NCBI GenBank assembly: GCA_963734535.1 | Contig: CAVTHS010000004.1 | Span: 128,001 to 192,000 of the forward strand | Reading direction: 5' to 3' | Source: an uncultured Chloroflexia bacterium | Lineage (GTDB): Bacteria; Chloroflexota; Limnocylindria; Limnocylindrales; CSP1-4 | DNA length: 64,000 bases | In this document: piece after piece, positions 62,305 to 64,000 of the stretch | Layout of the letters: the number at the start of each line of letters is the position of its first letter | Position numbering within the stretch: position 1 is the first letter of the stretch | Translations under genes and position numbers: made by a program | The notes under the pieces: model-generated | Database searches by the model: none | What the model saw: the letters and a program-made list of their open reading frames with translations, nothing else | What the model was told of the DNA's origin: nothing

Positions 62305-62564
62305 CGGGTTCTCCTCCTGGAACGTGCAGGCGAGGGGCGGTGCCAGATCCGCCGGGGGTCGACCGTGGCGAGCACAGCGTCCTCTGCCCAGTCGACGAAC
62401 GGAGGTGGCCCGGATCGACGCCGCACTCGCCATCATCCGCGGATTCGTGCCGCGCGTCAGGCCGCGTCGCCCATCGTGGACGGGCTCCGTCGCCGGCGCC
62501 CGATCGTGACGAGATCCTGGCTGTCGAGATCCTGGCTCGACATGACCCCGTATCCTCTCTGGCC

Positions 62565-63940
62565 ATGGCTCCTCGCAGCGAGGTCATCCACGTCGCCGGA
62601 CGCGACGTGACCGTGACCAACCCGGACAAGGTCTTCTTCGCGGCCCGGGATGCCGTCGAACGCGCGATCGCCCCCGTGGGTGCCGAGGCCGGCCCGCGCG
62701 ACGCGGCGACGGCCCCGGTCACAAAGCTCGACCTGGTGCGGTACTACCTCGCGGTCGCAGACGGCGCCCTGCGGGGAGCCGGCGGCCGCCCGATGGCCCT
62801 GAAGCGCTACCCGAATGGCGCGACCGGCCCTTTCTTCTTCCAGAAGCGCGCGCCGGAGTCGCGACCCCCTGGATTCCGACCGTGACGCTCAGCTTCCCGA
62901 GTGGCAGGACCGCCGACGAGGTCGTGATCGAGGACGCCGCGCAGCTGGCGTGGGTGATCAACCTTGGCTGCATCGACCTCAACCCGCACCCGGTCCGGGC
63001 CGACGACCTCGATCACCCCGACGAGCTCCGCGTGGACCTCGACCCGGTGCCGGGCGTGCCGTGGGACGACATCCGCCGGGTTGCGCTCGTCGTCCGCGAC
63101 GCCCTCGTGGACGTCGGCCTCGTGGGCTGGCCGAAGACCTCGGGCAGCCGCGGCATCCACGTCAACGTCCGGATCGAGCGTCGCTGGACGTTCCCGGAGG
63201 TGCGCCGCGCCGCGCTGGCCCTCGCCCGCGACGTCGAGCGCCGCGCGCCGGAGCTCGCCACGAGCCGCTGGTGGAAGGAGGAACGCCACGGCGTCTTCAT
63301 CGACTACAACCAGAACGCGAAGGACCGCACGGTCGCCAGCGCCTACTCCGTCCGGCCGCGGCCGGACGCGCGGGTCTCGACACCGCTGACCTGGGACGAT
63401 GTCCCCGATGTTGACCCGGCGGCATTCACGGTGTGGACCGTTCCCGGGAGGCTCGCGCGGCTGGGCGACCCGCACGCGGCGATCGACGAGCATGCCGGGA
63501 GCCTCGATGCGCTGCTGGAGCTCTCGGCTCGCCACGAAGCGGAGGGCCTGGGCGACGCGCCATGGCCCCCGAACTACGCGAGGACGATCGACGAGCCGCC
63601 ACGGGTCGCGCCGTCGAAGCGTCGGATGCCGTCGAAGCCGCTGATCGAGATCGGGCGCGCCGCGACCCAGGCGGAGGCGATGGCGGGCCTGGCACGCTGG
63701 AAAGAGCGCCATCCAGACGTCTGGCCGCAGCTTGCGCCCGCGGACGTGCTGGTGGACGCGATGCGTGGCCGCTCCACCACCTGGACGCGGATCCGCCTCA
63801 ACCTGGAGCACGTCCCGCCCGACCAGCGGCCCGGGCAGGAGGCGCTCGATCCCGACTACGACCCGTGGGCCGGGGTGGAGTGGCCGGGCCGTGTCGGCCA
63901 GCCGGATCGGACGCCTCGGAAGAAGGCGCCCGCGAGCTGA
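62565..63940 (+). CDS. LigD-type primase-polymerase domain protein (frameshift near 62865)
   Basis: [25 protein letters not shown]; second frame [36 protein letters not shown]. Confidence 0.88.
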
Positions 63941-64000
63941 TCGATGCGCGCCGCGCCATCGGCGTCGCGCAATTGGCGCCGCGTCGATCCGCGCGCAGGC

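Overview
Very GC-rich bacterial chromosomal segment. Gene content and protein style suggest Chloroflexota (Limnocylindria-like) or a similar monoderm lineage; this is inference only. It holds about 50 genes plus tRNA-Thr(CGT). I found no integrase, transposase, CRISPR array or prophage. Main blocks: class-V aminotransferase; AcpA phosphatase; LacI with a small Cys/His protein; a Mo-oxidoreductase/Met-rich DM13/DipZ redox cluster; a MarR-ClC-ABC operon; a lactonase-OmpR-kinase operon; NhaA and NhaD-like transporters; an IclR-aldolase-kinase-FIST-AldA catabolic operon; a GGDEF gene and several deletion scars; CapA; a cation antiporter; an orphan anti-sigma-like gene; cyclic beta-1,2-glucan synthase; a DUF4395-cysE-cysK operon; SulP; ECF42/YciI; a LigD-type primase-polymerase. 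About a dozen genes carry small frameshifts, probably long-read errors. The strongest new signals are regulatory. (1) Four promoters share a Pho-box-like GTCAT-N6-GTCAT-N10-[-10] architecture linking the local OmpR/kinase pair to the redox cluster, a candidate metal/oxidant-responsive envelope Met/thiol repair regulon. (2) A leaderless Cys-containing leader peptide precedes the cysteine operon. (3) A LacI repressor with twin operators appears dedicated to one 82-aa Zn-ribbon-like protein. (4) An antiporter carries a copy of a neighbour's promoter and N-terminus.
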